Source of the DNA: a virus
Taxonomy: Duplodnaviria; Caudoviricetes
Length of the DNA stretch: 64,000 bases
IMG/VR virus record: IMGVR_UViG_3300036964_000424
Coordinates: 36,290-100,289 of that record
Direction: 5' to 3' (one strand)
Shown: positions 37,409 through 47,893 of the stretch, in pieces
Layout: every line of letters starts with the position of its first letter
Numbering within the stretch: the stretch's first letter is position 1
Program-made: the position numbers and the translations under genes
The notes under the pieces: generated by a model
Told to the model about the DNA's origin: nothing
What the model saw: only the letters and a program-made list of their open reading frames with translations
Database searches by the model: none

Positions 37409-40400
37409 CTATAAACTAAATGAATTTGCATTTCTCAATATACCTCGGCTTTTTGTAATATCCATTAAAGTTTCTGTTATAATATTTTTAATATCAGGAA
37501 CTACAGATCGATCTAAATCTCCCGCTATATTAAAACTTAGTTGTATATTACCTATATTAGTGCCTCCGGAAATATTAGTTGATAATGCCGGCAAAGTGTT
37601 ATTTATAAAATTTTTCATTTGTGATTCTGTAGCTACTACTTCACCTTTTAATAGTTTAGCAAAAACTTCAGATTCCTTTATTTTCGGTAACCCACCAGCA
37701 ACATTGCCATTATGATGATTCTCTATACCAACTATGCCGCCATCATGATAAGCCATACTCATTCTTCCGGCATTAGTTGTTTCGGAAAATGGTTCTGGGA
37801 TAGTTAAAATGCTTGCGGCATAGGCTGTTTGTTCTTCATGCCACTTGTCAATAAATTTTTGCATCTCGGCAGTTACTGCTTTTATTGCACTTCCAACTCC
37901 GCTAAGTGCGCTACCAGCATTACTAGCAAAGGTTTGAACAGCTTTATCCGCAATAGCCCATTTATCAATTATATCGGAATCTATTCCACTGCCATAAATT
38001 CTATTCCATTCTATTAAGGATCGATAGAATTCGTCGGTTCGTGCTTGCAAAAGGGCTATAGCCTCATTGCGTATTGTGCCTTCTTGCTCAAGATAGTCTT
38101 GCAGTGCTGCAATCCTATTTTCCATTGATTCTTTATAGGTTTCATATTCCCTATCTAAAGCATCTTTTTGAATCTCGTAGCTACGGTCAGCTTGCAATTC
38201 ATTTATTTCTTCTACCGCTTCTGCTCGTTCTGCCTCTAATTCAAGGCGGCGCTTTTTGCCCTCTTCGCTATTATCAAATTGGATCTGCAATAATTCATTA
38301 TCTATATCAGATAAAACCTTATTTTTATCAGCAAGTTTTTTTTGATAATCTATCGCTTCTTTATCTTGGTCTAAACTTTCTTTCTTTGCATCAATAATCT
38401 TCTTATAATTATCAAGTTCTTTTTCTAAAGCATCTATTTGATCTTGCTTTTCTTGCTTTAGCATTTTAATGGTAATTTCTAGAAGATCGTTATATGCTTT
38501 TTGCGCTTCTGATAAGCTATTTGTAGAGGATGCCGCCTTATCAGCAGCCTTTGCTAAATCGGCATAATTATAGCTTGTATTTTTAATTTGGGCAAGATAC
38601 GCTTGGGCAAGAGCCAAATTGTTTTCGGCATTCGTTAAACTAACACCGCGTGCTTTAGCCGCCTCATTTATAGCGGCAATTTCAGATTTAGCAGCATTGA
38701 TTGTATTTTGGGCTCTTTCCCTATCAGATTCGCTCATAGAGGCATTAGCCCTTATTTCGGCTCTAGTTGCTGAAATAATAAAATTAGCTCTCTGTAACGC
38801 CGATTCTGCTACAGCATTATCCGCTTTAATAGAATCAACCGCTTCTTGAGCTTTGCTTACTAATTCTTCAGCACGAGCTACCATTAAATCTTTCATTGCT
38901 TGAGTATTGATCTTTATTTGATCATTCTCAATAATAAGCGCTTGTCTATATGTATCAGGAAATAAGCTTTTTAATTGCTCTACCTGTTCCATGCTAGCAA
39001 TGCCGGATTCTTCAAGCGATTCAGCCAATGCCATAACTTTGGAAGCAGTATCAGCTATTGCGCTAGTTGCTTCATTAGCCCCATCCGTTAGCACTTGCAA
39101 TTGTTCTGAAGTCTTTATACCATATTTTTCTAATACTAAATCTGAAGATATCTCTGATGTTTTTTCTTCTATAGCATTTAAAATATTTAGCTGACCTTCA
39201 TAAGCTATAATTATTTCTTGCGCTTTATTTACTTGTTCTTGTAAAGCATCGCGTTCTTCTCGTAATATCTTGGCTCTTTCGGCACTGGCACTAGTTCCCT
39301 CGCGCTCATATTCATTTATCTTTTCTGCTAGCCAAGTTAATCTTTCTTCGGCTTCTAATTGCTCAGATGTAATAGTAGTGGAGCCAAACGGAGAACGCAC
39401 CCCCCCTATAATGGCAGGCACCTCTATTTCTGCAGATATTGGCTTACTTAATAATTCTTTGGCTTTTTCATATTCTTCAGCATTTTCAGAAATAAAATCT
39501 TCAGCTTCTGTTCTTATTGCCGCCTTCATTTGTTCAATATTTCTAGCAATAGCCTCAGAATTTTTATCTATGGCATCAGTATATAAGTTCATTGGAGATA
39601 TTATATCTCTATACTTAGTATTCAATATTGTTTGAATATCTAATAGTCTAGTCTTATCTTCGTAAGATAATGTTTCTTTGCTAGAAATAAACTTATATTC
39701 ATCCGCTAAACTTTGGAGTTCATTTTGGTTATCTTTTAAAACATTTAAAGACTTTTCAAAGTTTTCATATAAAGCATTAATAGAATTCTTAGCATTATTT
39801 ACTACCGTTGATAAATAAACGAAGGCTCCCGCTAAAGCTAGAATCCCAGCTATATATATATTAGTTGTAGAAAGTGTTGCAAATAATCCTTTTAATGTAG
39901 CACCTACACCCACAATAGATGTTTTAATTTTAGAAAGAGTTGCTAGTATTGAAGGTAATTTTATACCAATAAATATTGCCGCTATTGCCTTAATTATTGG
40001 AACTAAACCACCCATTGCTGATGTTAATTCTAATGCCTTTGAAGTTGCGTTGGCTAAGCCTACAATAACATCATCGTTCATTGTTGCTTCCCACACAGAT
40101 TCCCAGGAAGCCTTCAGCCTATTATTAGCCGCTTCAATGCTTTTAGAATAATAGCCGTATCTATTCTCTGTTAGTCCTAAACTTTCAGCCTCTATTTTTA
40201 AAGCTTCATTGTATTTATCTTGGTTCTCCATGAGGGTTCTGAAAATTTCGGCCTGCCTTACACCAGCAAAGGCATTTGCAAGCATTGATTGCTCAACTGT
40301 TTTACCCTCTTTACCAAGTTTGTTCCACAACTGCATTGTTTCTTCTAAGACAGTTCCCATGTTTCTAAACTGCTTAGTGGTTTCATCTCTTAAAGTTATG

Positions 40401-41809
40401 CCTAAACCTGTTAAAACTTTTTCAACATCTGATATAGACTGCCCTTCTTCATCAAAAAATGCACCTATTTTTACATTTTGCATACGTGTCAATATCGTTT
40501 TAAATGCATTCCCGATAGTTTCCGGTGCTACTCTTGTCACATCACTTACCACTGTTATCATGGCAGCCATTTGATCTAATGATACACCAGCTAATTTAGC
40601 TGTTGAAGCTGTTTTCTGTAATGCCGCTGCGATTTCACCAACGGATGTGGCGAATGCATTATCAACGCTCAAAAGTTTGTCAATCGTGGGTATTACTTCA
40701 TCAATACTTAACTTATATCCGTTTATAATAGAAGTTAAATATTCAGTAGATTCGGCTTGATCCATGTTAGCTAACTTTGCAAGCATTACACTTGCTTTTA
40801 ACAATTTAGCACTATCTTCTACAGATTTCCCTTGTCGCGCCCACTCCAAATTTCCTCTAGCTACTTCAAGTGTTGTAACACCTAATTCCTTAGCTAATTT
40901 GTTATATTCACTACTTAATTTATTAATTTCATCAGTTGTATTGCCTGTAACTATTTGAATATTAGTCATTTCAGAATTCAAAGCCGTTACATATTCTACG
41001 CCTTCTTCTATTTTTCTTAAAGAACCGTAGATTGCAGTAGTAGCTATTGCCCACTGAAAAACTTTCATAATATTCTTGGAAATAGCCGTAGTAAAGGCAT
41101 CTGTGTGCGCTCGGCTTGAATCAAACCCATTCTCTACATCTTTTACTTTATTCTTTAAATCAATAAATGCATTGGATACTTCTTGAGTAGTGGCTTTACC
41201 TTTTTTAAAAGAATCTATAAGACTTAAATATTTTCTTTCTGATTCTATAATACTTGCATCGCCTTTACCAAAAGCATCCGCATGTACAGTTTTTAAACTT
41301 TCGAGCTGTAATTTGTATTTTTCAGATAAATCTGTTAGTTTTTTCTGCTTTGTAGCTATACTATCAAAGGCTTTTTCGGTGCTTTTGGCATTGGTAATTA
41401 TTTGCTGCCCATCTTCACCTATATCTACAGTATATCTGTCAACAGTTTTTAGCCCATTAGCAATTTTATCAACCGATACGGAATACTTTCTGATTTTTTC
41501 ATCATCAAATATTTTAGTAACTGTTACGTTTTCACCAAGCCCCGCAAAATTGCTTCGTATCTTTTCAACTTCTGCCGACATAATAGCCATCTTATCTGCA
41601 GCATCAGTAAAACCTTCCCCCGCATATATTCCGCCGCCAGAAGTAGACTTTTTAATTTTATCTATTTGCTCGGCTACAGCCCCTACTCCAACTAAATTAA
41701 CATCTAAATTAATCTTTAGCCCTTTAGTTTGAGCATCTATTTCGGCTTGCGTCAATTTTTGTATTACTGCTTTTAATAGAACACTATATTCGCTCCCGCC
41801 AACAGCCAT
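37409..41809 (-). CDS. Tail tape measure protein (TP901 core)
   Basis: 1466 aa, helical; LN.EMTNI..VTG, AK.LG.TT.EV...W.RQG, D....VDN.FATS..EIA.AL, ETIGNAFKTI..R, YHDGGIVG. Confidence 0.92.
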   Translation of the reverse strand: MAVGGSEYSVLLKAVIQKLTQAEIDAQTKGLKINLDVNLVGVGAVAEQIDKIKKSTSGGGIYAGEGFTDAADKMAIMSAEVEKIRSNFAGLGENVTVTKIFDDEKIRKYSVSVDKIANGLKTVDRYTVDIGEDGQQIITNAKSTEKAFDSIATKQKKLTDLSEKYKLQLESLKTVHADAFGKGDASIIESERKYLSLIDSFKKGKATTQEVSNAFIDLKNKVKDVENGFDSSRAHTDAFTTAISKNIMKVFQWAIATTAIYGSLRKIEEGVEYVTALNSEMTNIQIVTGNTTDEINKLSSEYNKLAKELGVTTLEVARGNLEWARQGKSVEDSAKLLKASVMLAKLANMDQAESTEYLTSIINGYKLSIDEVIPTIDKLLSVDNAFATSVGEIAAALQKTASTAKLAGVSLDQMAAMITVVSDVTRVAPETIGNAFKTILTRMQNVKIGAFFDEEGQSISDVEKVLTGLGITLRDETTKQFRNMGTVLEETMQLWNKLGKEGKTVEQSMLANAFAGVRQAEIFRTLMENQDKYNEALKIEAESLGLTENRYGYYSKSIEAANNRLKASWESVWEATMNDDVIVGLANATSKALELTSAMGGLVPIIKAIAAIFIGIKLPSILATLSKIKTSIVGVGATLKGLFATLSTTNIYIAGILALAGAFVYLSTVVNNAKNSINALYENFEKSLNVLKDNQNELQSLADEYKFISSKETLSYEDKTRLLDIQTILNTKYRDIISPMNLYTDAIDKNSEAIARNIEQMKAAIRTEAEDFISENAEEYEKAKELLSKPISAEIEVPAIIGGVRSPFGSTTITSEQLEAEERLTWLAEKINEYEREGTSASAERAKILREERDALQEQVNKAQEIIIAYEGQLNILNAIEEKTSEISSDLVLEKYGIKTSEQLQVLTDGANEATSAIADTASKVMALAESLEESGIASMEQVEQLKSLFPDTYRQALIIENDQIKINTQAMKDLMVARAEELVSKAQEAVDSIKADNAVAESALQRANFIISATRAEIRANASMSESDRERAQNTINAAKSEIAAINEAAKARGVSLTNAENNLALAQAYLAQIKNTSYNYADLAKAADKAASSTNSLSEAQKAYNDLLEITIKMLKQEKQDQIDALEKELDNYKKIIDAKKESLDQDKEAIDYQKKLADKNKVLSDIDNELLQIQFDNSEEGKKRRLELEAERAEAVEEINELQADRSYEIQKDALDREYETYKESMENRIAALQDYLEQEGTIRNEAIALLQARTDEFYRSLIEWNRIYGSGIDSDIIDKWAIADKAVQTFASNAGSALSGVGSAIKAVTAEMQKFIDKWHEEQTAYAASILTIPEPFSETTNAGRMSMAYHDGGIVGIENHHNGNVAGGLPKIKESEVFAKLLKGEVVATESQMKNFINNTLPALSTNISGGTNIGNIQLSFNIAGDLDRSVVPDIKNIITETLMDITKSRGILRNANSFSL

Positions 41810-41844
41810 ACACTATACCTCCTTTTCAATTTCTAACAGCTTAT

Positions 41845-42372
41845 TTAGCTTTTTATTAAGGAGATACCTAATTCTCCAAAATTCTTTTTAAAATATTTAT
41901 CAGTTATTTTATCCAGCTCCTCATCAAGAAACATTCTCAATATAAATTCATCCCAATAAGGTTCTCTTTTTTTTTGCATTATAGCGTCTTCGCCACCACT
42001 GCCTAATTGAGAAATTTCAGCAGTATTAACATTCAATATATCAGCGAGAGCAGCGCGATTGTCTACATCAATATATCCATGGAGAAAAGTAGCTCCATCA
42101 TAATCCATCTCTTCCCAATTATAAAATAATTCTGTTTCAATTTCATTAAATATAAAATCTATAGGACTAAACTGGAAAGCTTCTCGAAATTGGAAAGTTG
42201 GCATTTTGGAACCGTTATAATAATATGCATTGGGCAAACCTTCCGGTATTCCATATGTCATTACATCTATATATTTTCGTAATATATCTATCATAGATTC
42301 GCTAATTTCTTTTATAGCTTTAATTGCCGGTTTCGACAATTTTCTTTCTAATTCAATACTATTTTTTATCAT
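41845..42372 (-). CDS. Hypothetical tail-region protein
   Basis: AAAGGTG RBS before ATG 42372 (track start 42393); precedes the tape measure gene. Confidence 0.6.
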   Translation of the reverse strand: MIKNSIELERKLSKPAIKAIKEISESMIDILRKYIDVMTYGIPEGLPNAYYYNGSKMPTFQFREAFQFSPIDFIFNEIETELFYNWEEMDYDGATFLHGYIDVDNRAALADILNVNTAEISQLGSGGEDAIMQKKREPYWDEFILRMFLDEELDKITDKYFKKNFGELGISLIKS

Positions 42373-42402
42373 TGCATAAAATTCACCTTTCAATTGATTA
42401 TT

Positions 42403-42837
42403 TCAAAAGATAAACACTATTTCCGTTCTAGGATCTTCTTTGGAATAATTGCCTTTTATAGTCAAAGATTCCACATGATCAAAATCGTCATCAATTAGAA
42501 GCCCAGAAACAGTAAAAGAATCAAATAAATTTTTAGGTGTAAAATTATCGGCATCGCGTCTATGCTTAGTTGGAAAAAAATATTCAATTATTATTTTGCA
42601 TTTGGCTATTTTTCTATTTTCTAAATTATAATATTTTACCGTCCAAGCTCCAAATTCTTTCCAAGCTTGTTTCTGGGCATTCATTTTAAATCTTGGCATA
42701 ACCATCCACTCATTTAAACTAGGTGGAATAGGGCTAGTAATATTGACCTTTTTTCTTTTAGGGTATTTGTTGAAATAATATTCATAATACTTTTCTAAAA
42801 TTTCTTTATTAATTATAATTTTTATTTCTTCACTCAT
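42403..42837 (-). CDS. RusA-like Holliday junction resolvase
   Basis: PPSLN, YFFPTKHRRDADN..K...D.....G.LIDDD, PRTEI. Confidence 0.82.
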   Translation of the reverse strand: MSEEIKIIINKEILEKYYEYYFNKYPKRKKVNITSPIPPSLNEWMVMPRFKMNAQKQAWKEFGAWTVKYYNLENRKIAKCKIIIEYFFPTKHRRDADNFTPKNLFDSFTVSGLLIDDDFDHVESLTIKGNYSKEDPRTEIVFIF

Positions 42838-42872
42838 TAATTTCCTTTAAAGCTAAAGCCAAAGCTATTTTT

Positions 42873-42912
42873 AAAAAAATAAGCATACAAAATTAAATTC
42901 ATATGCTTATTT
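42873..42912 (-). terminator. Terminator after the lysis cassette
   Basis: AAATAAGCATA..TATGCTTATTT inverted repeat with a T-run on the - strand. Confidence 0.6.
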
Positions 42913-42945
42913 CCCGAAATGTTTTTCAAGCCAACATCTAATATC

Positions 42946-43593
42946 TCATTCAATTTTCTCGATAAGATCAGTCGTTCCGTCGTTTTCGGCGACATAAACT
43001 GGATAATAGCATAACCTCCAGTTTAATCCATCTGCCGGTTTGATCGTATCTGTAGAAAGCAGAACTTCGCCCTGCTTTGCCCGAGTTAGAAGAGTTCCTG
43101 TAATTCCAGGCGAGTTCCTGATCGCTACATTATCAGCGATTACCTTGACCCGCCCAAACGTTACATCCCCAACAGATTCAGGATTTTGAATCGGTGAAGA
43201 TCCCTTCATAAATATTTCCGGATCCATGGCACTTTTCCAATCATTATAGGAAGTGCGATATTCAAAATGGAGGTGAGCACCAGTCGAATTTCCGGTATTC
43301 CCAGAATACCCAATGATCTCGCCCGCTTTTACTTTTTGCCCTGGACTAACTGCCCAATTCCGTAAATGTGCGTAGATCGTGCCATCGTTCCAAGTATGGC
43401 GGATCAAGACCATATTGCCGTATCCGGTACTATCAGCTCCCGCACGTTCTACGGTTCCATCGGCAGCCGCCAACACAGGAGTTCCTACCGGCAATGCATA
43501 ATCAATCCCTCTATGCCCTTTTGGATCGGTATATGTATCTCCAAATTTTTGCGTTACCGGATAATTCCCATTAAATGGCTTAATCAGTTGCAT
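42946..43593 (-). CDS. Endolysin: M23 peptidase plus SH3b-like cell-wall-binding domain
   Basis: HRGID, GTPVLAAADG, GYGN, YAHL, GNSTGAHLHFE; C-terminal VAIRNSPG. Confidence 0.9.
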   Translation of the reverse strand: MQLIKPFNGNYPVTQKFGDTYTDPKGHRGIDYALPVGTPVLAAADGTVERAGADSTGYGNMVLIRHTWNDGTIYAHLRNWAVSPGQKVKAGEIIGYSGNTGNSTGAHLHFEYRTSYNDWKSAMDPEIFMKGSSPIQNPESVGDVTFGRVKVIADNVAIRNSPGITGTLLTRAKQGEVLLSTDTIKPADGLNWRLCYYPVYVAENDGTTDLIEKIE

Positions 43594-44062
43594 CGGTGCT
43601 CCCTCCTCCGTTACAAATATTGTATTTTTTCAGCAATACTTCCATCTCATTTACGCGGTTTTCAAGAGCTTTGATTTTAGCATCTTGCTCTTTGATCTTG
43701 ATATCTTGCTCCTTGATCTTGGCATCTTGATCTTTCATCGTATTTTGATCTTGCTTTATTTGCTTATCCCGAGAATAAATTTCTTCTTTCATTGTGTCAA
43801 GCTGAAGCCTAAGATCACGTTTTTCAGCAGCGGCGGCAACAACTGCATCTTCAGCGGCAGTGATTTGCACTCGGAGTTTATCGTTTGAATCTCGTTCAGT
43901 TTGTAATTCATTTTTCAATTCGTCGACCCTCCTTCGCAGATCTTCAAGCTCGACTTTGGTTGCGCTATTTCCAGCATTGATCTTTGATGTGATTAATGCT
44001 GCTATGCTTCCGATAAGCGCAACTAATCCGGTAACTATGGCAGTTATGGCTTCCGGTGCCAT
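43580..44062 (-). CDS. Membrane-anchored coiled-coil lysis accessory protein
   Basis: One N-terminal TM helix, long coiled coil with KDQDAKI/KEQDIKI/KEQDAKI heptads; lies between holin and endolysin. Confidence 0.6.
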   Translation of the reverse strand: MAPEAITAIVTGLVALIGSIAALITSKINAGNSATKVELEDLRRRVDELKNELQTERDSNDKLRVQITAAEDAVVAAAAEKRDLRLQLDTMKEEIYSRDKQIKQDQNTMKDQDAKIKEQDIKIKEQDAKIKALENRVNEMEVLLKKYNICNGGGSTDATD

Positions 44063-44065
44063 AGG

Positions 44066-44422
44066 TTATTTCACCGATTTATCTATGTTAAACTGTTCAT
44101 AAACAGCTGCTTCTATGGCTGCATCAATCAGTTCAAAATCGAGATGAACCCCATGCTGCTCTAGCCATTTTTCAGCGACATCCATAGCATATAACTTTTT
44201 GTCGTTGATAAGTTTTGCGGCTCCAGCTTGTTCAGCCGCGGTAACTGCCATTTTTGCCGCTTCTGCAAGCAATGTGGTAGCATCGCCGTTCCATGATTTT
44301 GCTTTTTCCCATAATAACTTTGCCCACGAAACTAAAGCACCAATGACCGCCACAGCAACAATCGGTAATAAAAATTCAAGCAAACTTTGTAGCACCGCTG
44401 ACAAAATTATATTCGTTTCCAT
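44066..44422 (-). CDS. Holin, LL-H family-like
   Basis: N-terminal TM helix, AV.AAEQ, K..A...E..L...G, IDAAIEAAV. Confidence 0.82.
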   Translation of the reverse strand: METNIILSAVLQSLLEFLLPIVAVAVIGALVSWAKLLWEKAKSWNGDATTLLAEAAKMAVTAAEQAGAAKLINDKKLYAMDVAEKWLEQHGVHLDFELIDAAIEAAVYEQFNIDKSVK

Positions 44423-44458
44423 TTTTTCTCCTTTCTCAAATCCGCATAATCCATGCCA

Positions 44459-44665
44459 CTAAAGTGACAGATCTTCAGGTATGTTCCGAGCTATCTTTCG
44501 ATTATGTTTGCTTATAATTAATTTTCTATAGCCACACTCGGGGCATACCTCATAATCTTCTGAATAGCTTATATTATCCTCATCTATACTTACTTCTGTA
44601 ATTAATTCCAATTTCCCATAACATTCTGGGCATCTTTTTTTTAAAATCTTTCTAATTTTTCCCAT
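44459..44665 (-). CDS. Small zinc-ribbon protein
   Basis: Two CPEC motifs. Confidence 0.65.
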   Translation of the reverse strand: MGKIRKILKKRCPECYGKLELITEVSIDEDNISYSEDYEVCPECGYRKLIISKHNRKIARNIPEDLSL

Positions 44666-44672
44666 AACATAT

Positions 44673-45224
44673 TTATTCTTTTTTAATTTTTTGGCTTCTA
44701 ACAGGTTTCTTTTCTGCCCCGCTGTTTGGAATTATTCCTAATTCACTAGTCTTATCTTCTAAAGTGGCTATCAATTTCTTGATTCCTTCTTCAGATAAAT
44801 CTAAAGTCTCTATATAATCAAAAAATTCCACAACCTTTTTAGTAAGCTTATCTATAGTATTTCCAACACTTCGGTTTTGATGCTCTAGGTTTACAATATT
44901 TTTCAAATCAGAAATAAATTCATCATAATTTTCTATATTAGATTTAACTAAATCCCATAAACCGCAGTTTACAATATTATCAAAATTTTCCGCATCATAA
45001 TCAATATTTGTATTCGCGGCTAGAATACCAACAATTAAGAACCATTTCGCTTGATAGTAATTTTCGCTCAAGCTTTTATTGGGGTCAAATAATGCTTCAA
45101 TGCAATTTTTAGATAATTCTAATTTAGTTGATTCCTTTAAATAAGGCAATATAGTTATATTTTTTTCTTGAAATTCGATAATTTTTTCTTTTTTACTATC
45201 AAAGGAAAACTTTACTTTATCCAT
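44673..45224 (-). CDS. Hypothetical protein (possible tail assembly chaperone)
   Basis: Downstream of the major tail protein; I.ILPYL, TNID. Confidence 0.55.
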   Translation of the reverse strand: MDKVKFSFDSKKEKIIEFQEKNITILPYLKESTKLELSKNCIEALFDPNKSLSENYYQAKWFLIVGILAANTNIDYDAENFDNIVNCGLWDLVKSNIENYDEFISDLKNIVNLEHQNRSVGNTIDKLTKKVVEFFDYIETLDLSEEGIKKLIATLEDKTSELGIIPNSGAEKKPVRSQKIKKE

Positions 45225-45253
45225 ATCTGACTTCTTATCCTTTTTATATTTGG

Positions 45254-45273
45254 GGAGGGGGATAACCCCCTCC
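45254..45273 (-). terminator. GC-rich hairpin
   Basis: GGAGGGGG-ATAA-CCCCCTCC. Confidence 0.5.
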
Positions 45274-45275
45274 GC

Positions 45276-45461
45276 CTATTTTTTTGCTTCGAAAAACTCA
45301 CATGTTTTTCCCGAATCATTTGTGCTAGCTTCAAAGCAATTAAGCTTTTTACACCATTTTACAAATTGGCAAACATTCCCTTTGTTAGATTCATGGAAAC
45401 AAATAAAGAAAACACCCGTTTCACCTTTTGGAGTTATTTGTTCACCATATTTGCATATCAT
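45276..45461 (-). CDS. Small Cys-rich protein
   Basis: 61 aa, five Cys, directly after the major tail protein. Confidence 0.55.
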   Translation of the reverse strand: MICKYGEQITPKGETGVFFICFHESNKGNVCQFVKWCKKLNCFEASTNDSGKTCEFFEAKK

Positions 45462-45466
45462 AATAA

Positions 45467-46489
45467 TTACGTAACATTAATCATTACATAATCAACAAGG
45501 GAGCCACTAGGATATGTAACGTTGATTTGAATTGTCGTCGGATCCGGAATGGCACTTGCCGAAGTACTAATTAAACCCGTAGATCCAACTATAATGCCGG
45601 AACCTGAAGTGCCAACTCTTGCAAACGTACATTCTGATGTAATGTTAGTGTTATCATAAATGCCGCCTCTAATCCCTAAAACAGTTATTTGTGTTGATTG
45701 TGCTGTTGCATTCGGCCAATAAATCGTACTCGGTGTTGCAGCAATATTGGAATAAACTATTGATTCAGTGACAGGGATATATGAAATTTTTGCATAATAA
45801 TCACTTGTAGTGCAATCACTAGAAGTAGTAGCCAATGCTCTTCCCTCCAGCGTCTCATTGCTAACACCATCAGCAGCTAAGTCTAAAGTATAATTCCCTG
45901 CAATTTGGAACCGAGGGATATTGATTTGGAGATATTTCTTAACGGTTGTCTGATCACTGGATCTAATTTCGGCTATCAAAGTAAGATCTACAATTGAAGG
46001 CGGTTTTACAGTTTCTACCGTAATTTGGTTAGCCATTTTACTAGTAGTATATATTGCATTTACCATTTTATTATTAGCACCAGTAACTGTAATATTCTTA
46101 ACTAACGGCGTTACTGTCTGAACCGTTCCATCAGGTAAAAATACTTCCACATTTCCTATAGGCGTAGATGAAAGCACCCCTGATCCAGAAGACGATAAAA
46201 CTATACAATCCGTCTGTAAAACATTTACCGCCCCCGTTTGCACAGTACCACCAACGTTTAAGGCTAAAAATGTTTCAGCAAAGATTGCTTGACTAAGCGT
46301 AACCCCTAATTCTCGTGTGTGATAATAGCTATAAATCAACGGGTTATTAATACCCGCACGAACATCTTGGCTACTCATACTTAGATTAAAAGCTGAAGTA
46401 ATATTAGCCTTTCCATATGCAATGCCCGCTTTAGTTATCGGGTCTCTTATTACTGCATCTGCAACAGAAACTAAAAATTCATTTGTCAT
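45467..46489 (-). CDS. Major tail (tube) protein with C-terminal Ig-like domain
   Basis: FLVSVAD, DVRAG..N.L.Y.Y.H, QI.IPRFQ..G...L; strong AAGGAG RBS; positional fit. Confidence 0.78.
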   Translation of the reverse strand: MTNEFLVSVADAVIRDPITKAGIAYGKANITSAFNLSMSSQDVRAGINNPLIYSYYHTRELGVTLSQAIFAETFLALNVGGTVQTGAVNVLQTDCIVLSSSGSGVLSSTPIGNVEVFLPDGTVQTVTPLVKNITVTGANNKMVNAIYTTSKMANQITVETVKPPSIVDLTLIAEIRSSDQTTVKKYLQINIPRFQIAGNYTLDLAADGVSNETLEGRALATTSSDCTTSDYYAKISYIPVTESIVYSNIAATPSTIYWPNATAQSTQITVLGIRGGIYDNTNITSECTFARVGTSGSGIIVGSTGLISTSASAIPDPTTIQINVTYPSGSLVDYVMINVT

Positions 46490-46505
46490 AATTTGTTTTC
46501 TCCTT

Positions 46506-47315
46506 TTAAGTAGATATTAATCCATTGTTGTTGGCATCAAAGCCAGCTTGTTCTATAAAACTTTTCGCATCAACCATGATTGAAGCATATCGGGATTTAG
46601 CATTTTCGGTATGTGTAAAATAATGGGCGATTAACTCTTTTTTGTTCTTGGCTTGTATTTGCCCACTAATTTCTAATGGCTTAAATAACTTATACATTAA
46701 GAACATTGTTTCTCTTTCAAATCGGTTTTTATATTGATAAAGTGTTAATTCGCCGACATCTTTTTCAGATAATCCTGTCATAGCACAAAAGCTATATATT
46801 TCGTCCTTTAAATCTAATGTCATATTAGAATTTACAAAATTTAACTTTTTTTCTAATTCAGGATTATAAGATTCTATATAATCTAAACTTGATCCATTTT
46901 GCTCCAATATGATTTCGCGTATATCTTCAAATTCTTGTTCATTAAAATCACAATTATTTATAAATATACGAAAATTAATCCTCTCAAAAGGATCTTCTAT
47001 TTCTTCTATTTCATTATAGCGTATTTCTACTTTTTCAACTTTTGTTACCTCTTGCAAAAACTTAATCAAATCTTCTATTAAATTTATATCTTCATAGGCT
47101 TGTTGTATTACATAGAAAAGAAACTTTAAATAACTCATTCGTAAAACAGTTCTGTCGGGAATATAATTTTTCGGATTCCATAACAATCTTTGATATCTTT
47201 CTTTTAATTCAAGCTGATTGACTTTTATTGGGTAGAAGCTTATGCCTTTATATATTTGCGGCAACCCAAAAATATCATTATCGGATTTATATATTTTCTT
47301 CAGTCTATTGTTCAT
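46506..47315 (-). CDS. Conserved phage morphogenesis protein
   Basis: YPIKV, MSYL.FL, F..IREIILEQN; lies between neck and tail tube genes. Confidence 0.6.
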   Translation of the reverse strand: MNNRLKKIYKSDNDIFGLPQIYKGISFYPIKVNQLELKERYQRLLWNPKNYIPDRTVLRMSYLKFLFYVIQQAYEDINLIEDLIKFLQEVTKVEKVEIRYNEIEEIEDPFERINFRIFINNCDFNEQEFEDIREIILEQNGSSLDYIESYNPELEKKLNFVNSNMTLDLKDEIYSFCAMTGLSEKDVGELTLYQYKNRFERETMFLMYKLFKPLEISGQIQAKNKKELIAHYFTHTENAKSRYASIMVDAKSFIEQAGFDANNNGLIST

Positions 47316-47893
47316 TATCCAATCCAGTTTGACATAACTACCATATTTCCCCTATAGGGGATATTCCCAGCCATGGAAGTCACCATTTTACAACGAGTAC
47401 TCGCCCTTGAATCAAAATGTAATCTCCCCAAATATCCAATTTCAGCCCCATTAAAAACTTCTATGATTTGCTGTGAAAGCACTTGCAATCTTGATTGATA
47501 ATTACTTAATGCCGATATTGAATAATGGGTATATATTTCAAATCCCATGAATATTCTGCCATAAACATAGTTTATAGGAACTAGCTCAATAGGTGTTATT
47601 CTTAAAATAGAAATCTTTTCGTTTATAGATTGATCCATACCGAAATCAAAGAATATACGAAATCTAGAATAATCAGGATCCAGCTCCCCATTATTAACCA
47701 AATCACCTTTTTCTTTTGCAGTTAAATTGGGATGGGCGCTATCATTTTTATACGCATCTTTATCATTATATTTTAGTAGTTTCCATATTAATTCATTATT
47801 ATCCATCATATATTTTACGCAATTATAAGATATCAAAGGATAATTTTCATATTTATTATAAGAATCTGCCCTAATATCTGTCACATTTACCAC
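47315..47893 (-). CDS. Putative tail terminator/completion protein
   Basis: N.LIWKLLKY...DA; position in the neck module. Confidence 0.55.
   Translation of the reverse strand: MVNVTDIRADSYNKYENYPLISYNCVKYMMDNNELIWKLLKYNDKDAYKNDSAHPNLTAKEKGDLVNNGELDPDYSRFRIFFDFGMDQSINEKISILRITPIELVPINYVYGRIFMGFEIYTHYSISALSNYQSRLQVLSQQIIEVFNGAEIGYLGRLHFDSRASTRCKMVTSMAGNIPYRGNMVVMSNWIG

Noticed and set aside
37829-41732. Several + strand ORFs up to 180 aa, and similar antisense ORFs throughout the window
   Set aside because: They lie opposite long, well-supported genes such as the tape measure and reflect codon bias
44459-45224. Programmed -1 frameshift tail chaperone pair
   Set aside because: The downstream ORF is a zinc-ribbon protein with its own start, and no clear slippery site joins the frames
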